Assembly (NCBI RefSeq): GCF_006345805.1
Contig: NC_042997.1
Location: 106,640,001 to 106,704,000, forward strand
Length of the DNA: 64,000 bases
Direction: 5' to 3'
DNA from: Octopus sinensis
Taxonomy: Eukaryota
This document shows positions 52,421 through 64,000 of the stretch, piece by piece (positions within the stretch are counted from its first letter, which is position 1; the number at the start of each line of letters is the position of its first letter). Below the pieces are notes generated by a model. That model was given only the letters and a program-made list of their open reading frames with translations. It had not been told where the DNA came from and searched no databases. The position numbers and the translations under genes were made by a program.

Positions 52421-53581
52421 GTGTTGTTGCTATTTAGTCTGAAATCAATCTTCACTATCCTAAAATCAAAATTATTTCAATCGGCATTTAAGCTACACTA
52501 GGATACCTTCTTATTTTATATGATTTATTTTTTATTTAGCATAGATTTGCTGTTGATAATGGTTGCGGTGTTGATGCTGGTTCTACTGGTGTTGAGGATT
52601 GATAGTGGTGGTAGAAGTTGATGTATGTAGTTTAGTGTTCCGTTAAGGTAAAATCAACAAAAATAGTCCCCCATCCAATGAGAAATAAATATCATTTAAT
52701 GTACACTGTATCAAAATAAAAGCCACTAATAGTTCCTTGCCATTAAGACATGTGGTTAAGTGAGTTTTTTTTTATAAAGTGCCTAACTACGCCTTAATGG
52801 CAAGAAACTATTAGCAGGTGTTACTGTAATACAGTGTACTTTAAATTATTTATATATATATAGTTTTATCTAACTCATCTGATATATATTTGTGTGTGTC
52901 GAGAGAGAGAACAAAGAAACAGAGGGGGAGATACTGATCGTAACCCAAAATAATGTTCAAACATAAAATGTTCACTGTGAAAAATTTCACCTCACATTCC
53001 ATAAGTGTTTCTCGTGACGCATTATGAACACCTGCACCCACGCAATATGTGTGTGTGTGTGTGTGTGTGGACAATTTATGTATCGCTTTAATTTTTTCAA
53101 ATTGTTAAATACTTTGGCCATCTAAATTACCGAGAAATGCCCTTTTGGCTAAGAAGAAAGTGTACAGTTTTATAAAGTCTTAAAATTTATCCAAGTTTCC
53201 ATAAGAACGAAATTTCAGACCATATCCCGAATTTTTTTTACAATTTCCGTAAGCACGAAGTCCCGCAACTCGAGGTCGCCGTAACGCGGGTATACTTGTG
53301 CTGAGTTGAAGGTATTGTCCTATAGTAATTTATTTGAATTATTTATATATTTAGTAAATTCTTTTCCAATTGTGTTCTGTTTTCAATGTTGGTGTCAGTT
53401 ATAGTATTTTGACGTAACTGTGTCAAAAACATAATAAATGATTGAAAAGGTGTTATTGCTGTTGTTTACTCTCATATCAGATCTAATCAATAAGATATAT
53501 GACTTTCCATCTATTTTCTAAGATATATAAGACTTTTCATCTATTTTCTCTTTCTTTTCTCTCTCTCTCTCTCTCTCTCTC

Positions 53582-53618
<37 letters not shown>

Positions 53619-54135
53619 GTGCGTGTGTTAGATATAATGTATCTAATACAATGTTATGTAATGTACCTCTCCTTTTCTAAGTCGGTGTAGGTGTGATTTG
53701 TGATAAATATTTGTCTGCTTTTCCTGGCTAGTTGCGCAACTATATAGAGCAGTCATAGGCAATCTGTGGCCCATGGAGCTGTCTGAATGGCATACCAAAC
53801 GAAAGATTACCTTGCATTTTATTAGTAGAGCGGCTCGCCTGATAATGAGCCATGTTTCTTGCATCCCGTTTCTCGAAAAGGGTTGCCCATTTCTGATATA
53901 GAGACTTTCTCTGTATATAGCTATGTCCCGAGTTCACAAATATCTATGCTAAGAGAAAATACTTAGTAAGCTATCTAGAGTAGAAGTTCTTATTCTTATC
54001 AAGTGAGCGTATAGGAACCAAAGGCTGAGGTTATGGGACTCAAAGTCTAGTATGGCATTCTATAAATACATATGAAAGGATTCTTTTGATTTTCCTTTTC
54101 CGATCTGTTTCAGATTTTATATAATAAAACTAAGC

Positions 54136-54430
54136 GGCATTCTTCCGTTTTAAGATTTGCAAGTGCCAAACTTGTGCCAGCTGATTTCCCTACCCATGAC
54201 ACCATTCTCGAGAGTTTACAGAAAACTTTATATATATTTTTGAATTCGGCAATGTCTTTCCTGAGTTAGAGATTACCAAACACACACCCGTGCGCAAACA
54301 TATCGATTTTACGATTCGCTTATGTGAATGTATTTTTTCTGTAAATTACGAAATTACAGAGAATTATGTTGTGTCGAGATATCAGCTGGTACAAATTTGA
54401 CAACTGCCATACTTAAAACGAAAGTATGCC
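54136..54430. mobile_element. MITE with ~55-bp imperfect TIRs
   Basis: ggcattcttccgttttaag..ccagctgat versus atcagctgg..cttaaaacgaaagtatgcc. Confidence 0.7.
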
Positions 54431-54574
54431 AAACCAAGATATTGATCTTTTGAAGTTATAATGGTGCCTAATAGGACTGTTGCTGATGATTTCGACAGCC
54501 TCCTTGCAAAAAGGATAGAGACCATAATACTATATTATTTACAATGAACGGATAGTGTCCTCATCTTGTCTGTT

Positions 54575-54624
54575 GTTATCACAACGTTTTGGCTGCTGCA
54601 CTCTCCAGCCTTCATCAGGTGTTC
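54575..54624 (-). ncRNA. Penelope-type minimal hammerhead relic (GAAA mutated to AAAA)
   Basis: aacac-CTGATGA-a-ggctg..cagcc-aAAAC-GTT-gtgat. Confidence 0.65.
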
Positions 54625-54699
54625 TGGTGGAATTTCGAACCCAGCCCTTTACTTGACTAATGGGACACACTGCTTTCATTCCTAAGATGCTATTTTTCT

Positions 54700-54795
54700 G
54701 TTGATATTATTTTTGAAGTCCCTAGGATTGAACTTAGAATTTGAAGGTTAGTGGCCCGCGCTCTTATCCAATGCGCTATATGCCCGTGGGCAATT
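54700..54795 (-). repeat. tRNA-like Pol III head relic
   Basis: Revcomp ggcatatagcgcattggataagagcgcgggccactaacc..tctaagttcaatcc shows decayed A and B boxes. Confidence 0.45.
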
Positions 54796-54974
54796 ATAGA
54801 GTGAAATTTTTGGGCTTATAAACCTAGTATTTTATCTTTTCTTAATACTAGTTCCCATATTACATTCATATTTGCACTAAGTATGCTTAGGAGGTTATTC
54901 TGTCCTAGCATATGTGCAACCTCTTTTAATTTTCGTATTTTCCACCGGTATTCTCTGCCGATTTTTTAACTTCA

Positions 54975-55076
54975 CCCCACATGTACGGTCTCCCGAAGAT
55001 TCATAAGGATGGTACTCCATTAAGACCTGTAGTGAGCTGTAGAGGTTCGGCATGTCATCCATTATGCCGCTTCCTT
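54975..55076 (+). pseudogene. Penelope-like reverse transcriptase N-terminal fragment
   Basis: PHMYGLPKIHKDGTPLRPVVSCRGS matches the PLE motif YGLPKIHK..PLRPIVS. Confidence 0.85.
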
Positions 55077-55307
55077 ATATCGACCCCAATACTTATTTTT
55101 TAAAAGCCCGGTACTTATTCTGTCTCTTTCCGAACCGCTAAGTTACGGGGGCGTAAACTCACCAGCGCCGGTTGTCAAGCGGTGAAGGTGGGGGGGACAA
55201 ACATACACACGTATGGCCGGGTCACTGCAATTATCCCCCTTTCATTCAGCTTCTAGCTATTTCCTACAATTTTTTTTTCTTTCTCTCTCCCTTGTTTTCC
55301 CTCTTAA

Positions 55308-55350
55308 TCCTTTCTGTCAAAGAGCGTAGGCTCGAAACGTAAAAGACTTT
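55308..55350 (+). ncRNA. Third copy of the CUGU-core hammerhead-like motif, degenerate
   Basis: ccttt-CTGTCAA-a-gagcgtaggctc-GAAAC-GTA-aaaga. Confidence 0.35.
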
Positions 55351-55452
55351 TCCGTTCTTCCCAAGCGTTAAACTAATACCTCTGCTTCTTATTCCTACAC
55401 ATATCTTCGTTTTTTGTTTTCTGTAAATTTGAATAATATATATATGCATATG

Positions 55453-55692
55453 TGGAGGCGCGTGGCTTAGTGGTTAGGGTGTCAGCATCATGATCATAAG
55501 ATTGTGGTTTCGATTCCTGGACTGGCTGACACGTTGTGTTCTTGAACAAAACACTTCATTTCAGGTTGCTCCAGTCCACTCAGCTGGCAAAAATGAGTAA
55601 CGCTGCGATGGACTGGCGTCCCGTCCAGCTGGGGAACACATACGCCATAGAAACCGGGCCCATGAGCCTGGTTAGGCTTTAAAAGGGCGCAT
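55453..55692 (+). mobile_element. SINE family C: tRNA head, CORE-like centre, V-like domain
   Basis: ggaggcgcgtggcttagtgg (A box), gtttcgattcc (B box), gtgttcttgaacaaaacactt, gctgcgatggactggcgtcccgtccag. Confidence 0.75.
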
Positions 55693-55729
55693 TTATTTAT
55701 TTTATTATATATGCATATACCACATAGCT

Positions 55730-55885
55730 CCTGTCAGTTCCCGTCTACCAAATACACTCACAAAGTTTTGGTTGGCCCGAGGCTATAGCAGAAGACACTT
55801 GCCGAAGGTGCCACACAGTGGGACTGAACCGGGAACCATGTGATTGTGAAGCAAACTTCTTGCCACACAGCCATGCCTGTGCCTA
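55730..55885 (-). mobile_element. SINE family A 5' half, most CpGs retained
   Basis: ccgtctaccaaat..ggcccgaggctatag..ccgggaaccatgtg. Confidence 0.8.
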
Positions 55886-56789
55886 TGTAATGCCATCATA
55901 TATAAATTGTGCACAAGTCATATGCTGTCAGTTAATAACTGATTTAAAATATTTTTTTGTTTCATTACTTTAATTGTTTATGGTATCTAAATAAAATGTA
56001 ATTTTTTCCAAGTGACTTTTTTCCTAGCTAAAATTGCAACTTTTTCCTGTAATTTTTCCAGACACATTTTGGTGTGCCGTTCAGTTAGCTTCTGAATAAT
56101 TGTTTTCCTTTCTTTAAAAGCAAAATTGTTGCTAATTATACAAAACAAATAAACAATTTCTGTTGCATTAGGAGTGTTGTTATTGTGTAGTCTATTTAAG
56201 TCCAGGTCGGGCAGCGGAGATAGTCGATTAAATTGACGCCAGTACTTAACTGGTACTTTATTTTATCAACCCTCGGAAATATTAAAGCAAAGCCGACACC
56301 AGCAGAATTTGAACTCAGAACATAAAGACTCTAAAGAACTACTGCAAGGTATTCTTGTCACCGACAGCCTAACGATTCAAACAACATGAAGTAGAGAGGG
56401 TATGTTTTTGATGAGGCTTGCGAATGGCAACGAAAGGACTTTCACAAACGTCGCTAATTGATTAATTCACCGAATGATTAATCAATCAGTCGAGTATTTA
56501 ATTAGTTAAATGGTTAAATAATCGACGAATAAAAATAAATAATGAAATAGAACCAGTGCGTGCATTCGTTATCGACATAATGACCCTCCCGATATACACC
56601 AAACTAATAATAATGCTTCAAATAATCATGGTTTTCTTTAAGTATAAAGTAAGTAATTGTAGAAAATATGAATTTAAGGAAGGTTAGTATTGTCTGATCC
56701 AATATCTTTTATAAGAAAGACTACTTTTATATATTATAACAGATTTATCTATCCATCTTCTCTGGCCACTATTCTTAGGAATAGAAGAA

Positions 56790-57320
56790 TCCTCAGGCAC
56801 CTTCTCCATAGGGTCCTATCAGAAGCACCGTCGTTTGATTTTCTGGCTTGATTCGGAAGCGTGACCATCTGTGACTATGGATATTATCAGACCATCTCAT
56901 TCTTGGTCTACCCCAGATCTCCTGCTGGTTGGCTTGGCTTGAAGAATCACATGTCCGTAGTATCTGTTTCTTTATTGCCCACAAGGGGCTAAACATAGAG
57001 GGGACAAACAAGGACAGACAAAGGGATTAAGTCGATTACATCGACCCCAGTGCGTAACTGGTACTTAATTTATCGACCCCGAAAGGATGAAAGGCAAAGT
57101 CGACCTCGGCGGAATTTGAACTCAGAACGCAACGACAGACGCAATACCGCTAAGCATTTCGCCCGGTGTGCTAACGTTTCTGCCAGCTCGCCGTAGTATC
57201 GATGCTGTGGTCTCTCAATGCGGAGAAGTAACGGCTCGACTTCGAGAGACTCCCTGATTTCCGAGCTACCGCACCTTGTCGAGTAATGTTACTCCAGAGA
57301 TCCTTCGGAGGAACCCTGTT
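56790..57320 (-). mobile_element. RTE-like LINE 3' relic interrupted by a SINE
   Basis: SRYFSALRDHSI and GRPRMRWSDNI lie on either side of the SINE. Confidence 0.6.
56965..57192 (-). mobile_element. SINE family B full copy with TSD
   Basis: ccgtagtatc at 56955-64 and 57191-200. Confidence 0.92.
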
Positions 57321-58699
57321 ACAATAGATTTATTAGAACATCAGTATACAAAAGTAAACAATAAAAAGTTTAAAATAAATAAATAAAATACAAAGAAACT
57401 CCCTAAATAACATATGTAGCATCACGGGACACTGTTGTTCCCCTCCTCCTCTTAAAAAAATGTTTGAGATAATATAGAATTTGGCATTACCAGATTCTTT
57501 TACAGATTTTAAATGCAGGAATTCTTGTTTTGTTGCCTATACAATAATCTGGTAGAATAACTACAATATTGGATCAAACAATACTATCATTATGAAATAT
57601 ACATTGTATACAGTTACATATTTTATTTTTTACATAATTACATATTACAAAAAGCTTGATTAAATATACATATTTGAAATTACTTGATTCTTGAGAAAGT
57701 TTAATGACATTTGTGTTTGCATCGAGTTATTCTGGTCTAGAGTTTATGGGTGTAATATTAATGATCACCACCACGACGGAGGGGCGATATTTCGTTATCT
57801 TGGATGTATTTTAAACCTCAGACTTGTATGGTACCTTGGGAAAATGTCTTCGATTATAACCTCCGGTTGACTCTTACCATGTGAGCGAAATTGTGTAAGA
57901 CTGACTTAACGGGAGCCTGGTAGAAACCCATCGCTCGGTTTAACGTCATCACTGCATTGTCCTTGGGTTGCCATTTATGGAGTCCACTGATGCAAGCATT
58001 AAGTTAGATCTCTATATCTAATTGAATTAACTTCACACTATTTGTTGTGGTTTCTTCCCCCTCCTTACCACCACCACTCAGTCTCATAGTTCTCTCCCAT
58101 AAAGGTTAGAGGCTGCTCTTTAAATAATCCGTGATAAACCGAATACCAGCCAAAGACGCGCATTTGGAAGAGCTTAAATGTTCATAAACACTGCGCAGCT
58201 TGCAATCACCGAACATATTTGTGTTCTCAGACATGGCTGTGGTGGTTAAGAAGTTTACTTTGTAACTGCTGAGTTTCTGGTTCGATTCCACTGCGCGATA
58301 CCATGCATAAGTAGCCTTGTCTTCCACCGGAGCATCAAGTCGGCTGCTTTTGAGTAGTGGATTAATCCGTCAGCTAGTTTAACACCATCACGTAAAAAAC
58401 GGATGGTTTTTAACGTGATGTATCTCGTTAAAAATCGATAGTTTTTAACATGGTGTATCTTGTTAAAAGAGATACATCGAGTATCCCTTTTACGTTATGT
58501 ATGTATCTCTATTGTAAGCATTACAGGCCAGGCCTCCGAACTGACATCCTTCTACCCGTCTCGGAGGTCCTTAAGACGATTTTCTTTATAGTTCTTGAAG
58601 ATATATTTCTGCTACATGATTTACTTAAAAAAAAAGGGAAGTTTCTAATCAATCAAACATGTTGAAAACTAATTAATTTTTAAGATTAAAATTTGTTAT

Positions 58700-58870
58700 A
58701 CTCTAAAGCAGGAGTCATTCCTTACTATCGCTTCCAAGGCATGCGCAAGCACGCTTGGCGCGTCTTTTGCTTGTGTGACGGGAGTCAGTGTACTGTTTAC
58801 AAAAAAAATTAGGTCAGTAGGTGATGCTAACTGAAACGGTGCTTATGATTGGCAGTCGTTAACAAGGAAG
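58700..58870. promoter_or_regulatory. Candidate housekeeping-type promoter
   Basis: CpG-rich unique patch; NRF1-like ggcatgcgca (58738-47); ATTGG at ~58848; CpG-decayed repeats downstream. Confidence 0.4.
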
Positions 58871-61663
58871 GCAGTAATGCTTTCTACCAGGATCATATGG
58901 ATGAAATGAGATGAACTCTCAAACATAAAAACAAAACAAAAAAAATAACTATTTCTTACGTTCTACTTACAAAACGAAATGAAAATATAAAGGGAAAAAA
59001 AACAAAAAACACGAGAAGATATAAATTTTTTCGGAGAAAAATGTCTGTTATGATTTCTAAAATGTAGCTTTCAACAGCGTATTGTAATGTTCTTCAAATT
59101 AAATCGTTTTCAAAGAAAAACATTTTATATCGATTTTTGTTTTGTAAGGCATCAAAAATAATTTTTTTTTTAGGAGTAAAAGTGAAAATATCTATTTCCC
59201 TAAAGGTTACCAACTATAAGTGATAGCCTTTTCTCCATCAGATTTGTATAAATTACTCCCCAGTGTCTTTGCTCTAATTTCTCAAAAACATATATCGTGA
59301 CAGGTGTTATATAATAAAATGTTTCCATTTCCCGGTGGACACTTTAAATGTGTCACTGAACATTATTGTAGAAAAAAAAAGCATGAATGTTAACTTAAAC
59401 CTTTTTCTCCTCGATCTATTAATCGAGGAGAAATGTGTGCCAATTTAAAGAATTGGAATGTGAAATATCGATTTTCATATTTCAGGTGAATTTCTTCAGG
59501 CAGTTTGTCTTAACGAATTTGACTTTGTATCACTTTTTGATATTGATGTTAATGTTGTTGAGCTTCTGATTTGATTGAAAAATAATTATTGATTTATTTA
59601 GTTCGAGATCACAAAATAGGGAAGAATATATATATATTCAACGGAATCGATTTTCAAAATGTTATCAATACTTATGAAAATCAAAATTGACTCCGACGAA
59701 ATTTGAACAGAGAAAATTAAAGGCGTGCAAACTAAATAATGCTAAATCGTTATCCACTCTGTTGCAAGCACCTATATTTGAGGTCTCCGATTTGAGGATA
59801 CGTTTCTTCCTTCCAGTCTTGAAAACTTAATAGTTAGGAACACTGTCTTTCTTTTCGTGACTAAATTGCAAAAACAAAAGAAAGAAGAAAAGTGAATACA
59901 TGTGTGGTCCATTCTAGGACTCTACCTACCCCTGCGGCTTCCTATTTCTCGTATTTATTAAATAAGATTGTGCGTGAGGATTCTTCATTTTCTTCTATAA
60001 GATGTATGGCCTTCTAATTTCATTCCTTCGACTTGTGCTTACTGCTACTGCTGCAACATAAACAAACTCTGGCATGATTTCTCTTCCATCTCTTTTTTAT
60101 TCTCTTTCTCTCACACACACGACTGATTTCAGACTGTTTCTGTTGACAAATCATAACAAACATCATCTTCCTTCACCCTCTATTCCATTCATTTTAAATC
60201 TTGTTTTATGGCTATATAACAGCAGCAGCCGAATCTGACACAAACGTCATCCTTTCATTATGTGAATAATTATGGTTTTGATTAATATTAATTCTTTTTA
60301 TTCTTTAATTAATGGCACACACACTAACTTATTTTTATTTAATAAATCTATGAGTACAAATCATGTTTTATTCATGTGCAAAATACTGAATCTGTTCTAA
60401 AAAATACAAAAATAAATATAACCATTGTTATGCGATAGCCTTTGGCTAAGCTTTTATCAGATACATCTTGATATTGGTTTTCTGGTTTTGTTAACTGACT
60501 TGCATTTCTGACAAGAATTTAGACACTTATGGTCTGAAAACAGTTTTGAAATATGAGCATCTGTAAAGGTCTTTCATCTTGTATGCTGCTGGCATGAGCC
60601 AGGAGGAACTTTATCAATCTGCTCTTTGAAACTGGAACTGATTAACAAAACAACAAAACAGTTATGAACAAATAATATAAAAGAATGAAAATGCTAAAAG
60701 AAAAGTTAAAGTGTGTGGTATGCATCTCTTAGTAATTCCAGCCAGAATTCTACAACTGATTCAGTTATTATCTGGCTTCAGTCTAAGGAAGCCTATACGA
60801 GATCAGTTTCTCTGCTAGAAATAACGGCTAAGTTTCCCCTCAAGTTACAACCTGCCTTTTTAAAAACTTAATCCTTCTTTTACAATACCTGAGTGAAGAA
60901 TTGGATGTGACAGTCCCAGCTGAATGACTTTAGTCATAATTATGTTCAGCTAAGACTAACGTGGATTAAACAAAAACACCCTGGTTTCACTTAAAATATT
61001 AAAATGTCAAAAACAAGAAATCACCAAGGAGACCTTTGGCATCCATCTTAACGAATAAACCACACATGTAATCATTTTTTCTTTCTTTTTTTCTTCTTTT
61101 TTTGGTGGGGTGGTGGCAGTCTAATATTGGAAAGAAGGGCAGTGCTCATGACTCTTTTAAGAACTTCTGAGACTGGAGGAACAAAGAATAACACTTATCC
61201 TTAAACCAGAGACCTTACACAGATGCATGCAACATAATGGGCTTTGCTAAAGATACTCAAACGCCAAGCGGTTGTGTTACACTGGATAACAAATTTAGTT
61301 GATTATCAAAGGATTCAAAAAACAAAGACCCAGAACAAATTCTGTAAAGCATCTCATTTAAAGTTTTAACAATTCTCTCAATCCACTGCCCTGGTCTGTT
61401 ACTTCATTTAACCATCCTGACTCGGTTAAACTGTCATTTTCAAAGAAAAACGAAAATGATGGAATTACAATGAAGTAAGAGGAAACTCAGTTACATTATT
61501 ACTTGTGTCATTCCCTAGTGGGGAGATGATCATTTTTATTATATTTGAGATGTGAAATTTGAATTTGAAATTAAGGAATTAGGAGGAAAAAGACGCATAG
61601 TATATACATCATTCTTTGTTTTGTTATGAAGTCCTTAAATTTATTTTTGCCAACAACTTTTAA

Positions 61664-61880
61664 CCTTTTAGCATTTAAACTGGCCATACCAGCCCAAAAT
61701 ATTCTACCTGTTTTATGTTCAAACTGACCATATCCAGCCTTTCATACCTAGCCTACTATGTCGTTCTAAAAATAATCACATCATCAAAATCTTGAAGGTA
61801 CAAGATAATAGATGATTCATTCAAAACAATTTGAATAAATAAGCATTACATTTAACAGACTTATCTGAATTTCTAAAGGG
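61664..61880. mobile_element. piggyBac-type MITE
   Basis: TTAA-ccttttag ... ctaaaggg-TTAA. Confidence 0.7.
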
Positions 61881-62395
61881 TTAAATACTACAGGTTTGGT
61901 TAGGCCTCTATTTTTATCTTGAGTTCCAAAATGAAATGTGAAAATGTACTAGAAAAAGTGGCAATCGAAATGAGGCTGTAACAATCAGTTTAAAATTTGA
62001 ATGTCTGCTATATGCCGCTGTATAATTTACAATTGTTTTCCTGGTACAAAACTATAAGTACGCTGAAATTTTTAATGCATGAAAACCAGAAACTATTAAA
62101 ATAATTTTACCATGTATTTCATATCTGTCTTGGACATTTTAAAGATGTGGGGCCTCTTTTAAAAGAGTATATTACATTGCTTTCCCATGTGGTTTGTACA
62201 GTATTTAGCCTCACAATCTGCTCAGCATAAGGAGAACAAGTTGGGTTGATGTGATAAACAGAGTAGATGTTTAATGTATCTGTCTGATTGTTTATAATGT
62301 TTCAATTTGATCCTTGCATTAGCCTCCAGATGTGAAACATGGTTATAAGAAAAGAAATACCTAAGTACAATGCTTAGGCACAAGTATAGCTTTTG

Positions 62396-63218
62396 AGGCA
62401 CAGGCATGGCTGTGTAGTTAAAACGCTTGCTTTGCAACCACATTGTTTAAGGTTCAATCCCACTGTGTGACTCCTATAACCCTGGGCTAATCAATGCCTT
62501 GTGACTGAATTTGGTACTACCTTGAAGTTTTTAGTCAACCAAACTATGCCCAGTGTTTATTTTAGATATGGTACTTATTCTAATAGTCTCTTTTTATTGA
62601 ATTACTAAGTTACAGGAATTTAAACAAATGAACACTTATTGTCAAACTGTGAGAGATAAACACACACACACACGATGATTTCCATCTCCCAAATTTACTT
62701 ACAAAGTATTGACTGACCCAGGGCTATAGCAGGAGACACTTGTTCAAAGTGCTTCACAGTGTGGTGGAACTCAAGACCAAATGATTCCAAAACAAACTTT
62801 TTAACCATACAATTATGCCTGTGACTTGTAAATTCAGGGTGCTAGCATTTATCTTTATCTTTTACAGGTTCCTGTCATTAGACAGCAGCCATGCTGGGGC
62901 TCCGCTTTGAAGAACCTTCAGTTTGATGAATGGATCCCAGTACTTCTGGTACTTGTTCTGTCGGTCTCTTTTTGCCAAACTGCTAAGTCACAGGTTGTCA
63001 AGCAGTGGGAAGTGGAGACAATCACAGACACAAAGACACACACACACACACACACACACAAGCTTCTTTCAGTTCCATCTACCAAATCTATTCACATGGC
63101 TTTGGTCAGCCCAAGGCTATAGTAGAAGATACTTGCCCAAGGTGCTATGCAGTGGGACTGAACCCAGAACCATGTGGTTGGAAAGCAAGCTTCTTACCAT
63201 ACAGCCATGCCTGCACCT
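62396..63218. mobile_element. Cluster of family A SINE copies (62396-62515 +, 62540-62810 -, 62865-63218 -), CpG-decayed
   Basis: ggcacaggcatggctgtg; ccatctaccaaat..ggtcagcccaagg..ccatgcctgcacc. Confidence 0.8.
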
Positions 63219-63617
63219 ATGGTTTCACATTCGCTCATATTTGTTATACATGATTCTAGTATGTAGTATTTGGTTATCTTAATATAGCTTGTTAGTTGGT
63301 TAGCCAGTTGATAATGAGGATAGGATATCGTAGGCTGATGATATATGTGTTAACCTTTCACTATATGTCTCAAGCTATCTTTGGTATTTCTAATCTGTTG
63401 CTGTTTGTCTGCTACTACTTGCATTCAACATTATCTAAAACGTAATTGTGTGTCCATGTGGGTTTCCACATGCTAATGCCACATGTTAAAATGATTTCAT
63501 TTTCAGATGTTAACCCATACATGCTATTCTTCTAGATTATACTGCATATATGTATGAGTGTGTATTCATCATCATCAGCAGCAACATCAGCATAACCACC
63601 ACCACGACTACTATCAT

Positions 63618-63830
63618 AGTGTTAATGTCCACTTTTCCATGCTTGCATGGGTCGGATGGAGTTTATTGAGGCAGATTTTCTATGGCTAGATGTCTTTTCC
63701 TGTTACCAACTCCCATCTGTTTCCATGCAGGTTAGTATTCCCCAATAGCCAGACATGTTTTGTTGAGAGATTCGAGATGAATGACACCACTTGTATGACA
63801 GTGACACTCATTTACAACTATCAATGCAAT
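63618..63830 (-). repeat. Interspersed retroposon-like repeat
   Basis: gttaatgtccacttttccatgcttgcatgggtcggatg.. adjacent to a (CAT)n-like tract. Confidence 0.5.
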
Positions 63831-64000
63831 GCCAAGACATAGAGACACAAACCTCACACACATACTCACATACAGACACATGCACACATATGTATACACA
63901 TATACAACAGGTTTCTTTCAGTATCCATCTTCCAAATCTCAGGACTACAGCAGAAGATACTTACAATGGGGGACTGAAGGCAAAACCATGTGGTTGGGAA

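Noticed and set aside
55453-55525. tRNA gene
   Set aside because: A and B boxes are present but continue into a SINE body and no full cloverleaf forms
57200-57330. Open minus-strand frame VPPKDLWSN.. as a host exon
   Set aside because: Continues across the SINE into an RTE C-terminal motif, so it is a LINE relic
62870-62935. Strong acceptor ttttacag|gttcc as an exon of the putative downstream gene
   Set aside because: The following sequence is the antisense 3' end of SINE family A

Overview
AT-rich, microsatellite-dense animal genomic DNA. The repeat families look like those of a coleoid cephalopod, most likely Octopus; this is recognition from memory, not a database match. No host protein-coding gene can be reconstructed with confidence, and most ORFs in the track are microsatellite or repeat artefacts. 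Transposon relics dominate. DNA elements: four different Tc1/mariner elements (one mellifera-type copy almost full length), a hAT-like element nested in a SINE, an internally deleted Helitron, a HINE-type element and several MITEs. Retroelements: R4/Dong, RTE and CR1-group LINE 3' pieces, two Tx1-like ORF1 (gag-like, CCHC) halves, Penelope-like pieces, and many copies of three tRNA-derived SINE families. The most unusual items are: (1) minimal hammerhead-ribozyme-like motifs of Penelope type, two of them in the arms of a ~330-bp palindrome and sharing a non-canonical CUGU core; (2) a ~40-bp-stem foldback whose loop is (TTAGGG)3; (3) two diverged ORF1-only LINE halves; (4) a switch from CpG-retaining to CpG-decayed SINE copies just after a promoter-like CpG patch at ~58.7 kb, suggesting the start of a methylated gene body.
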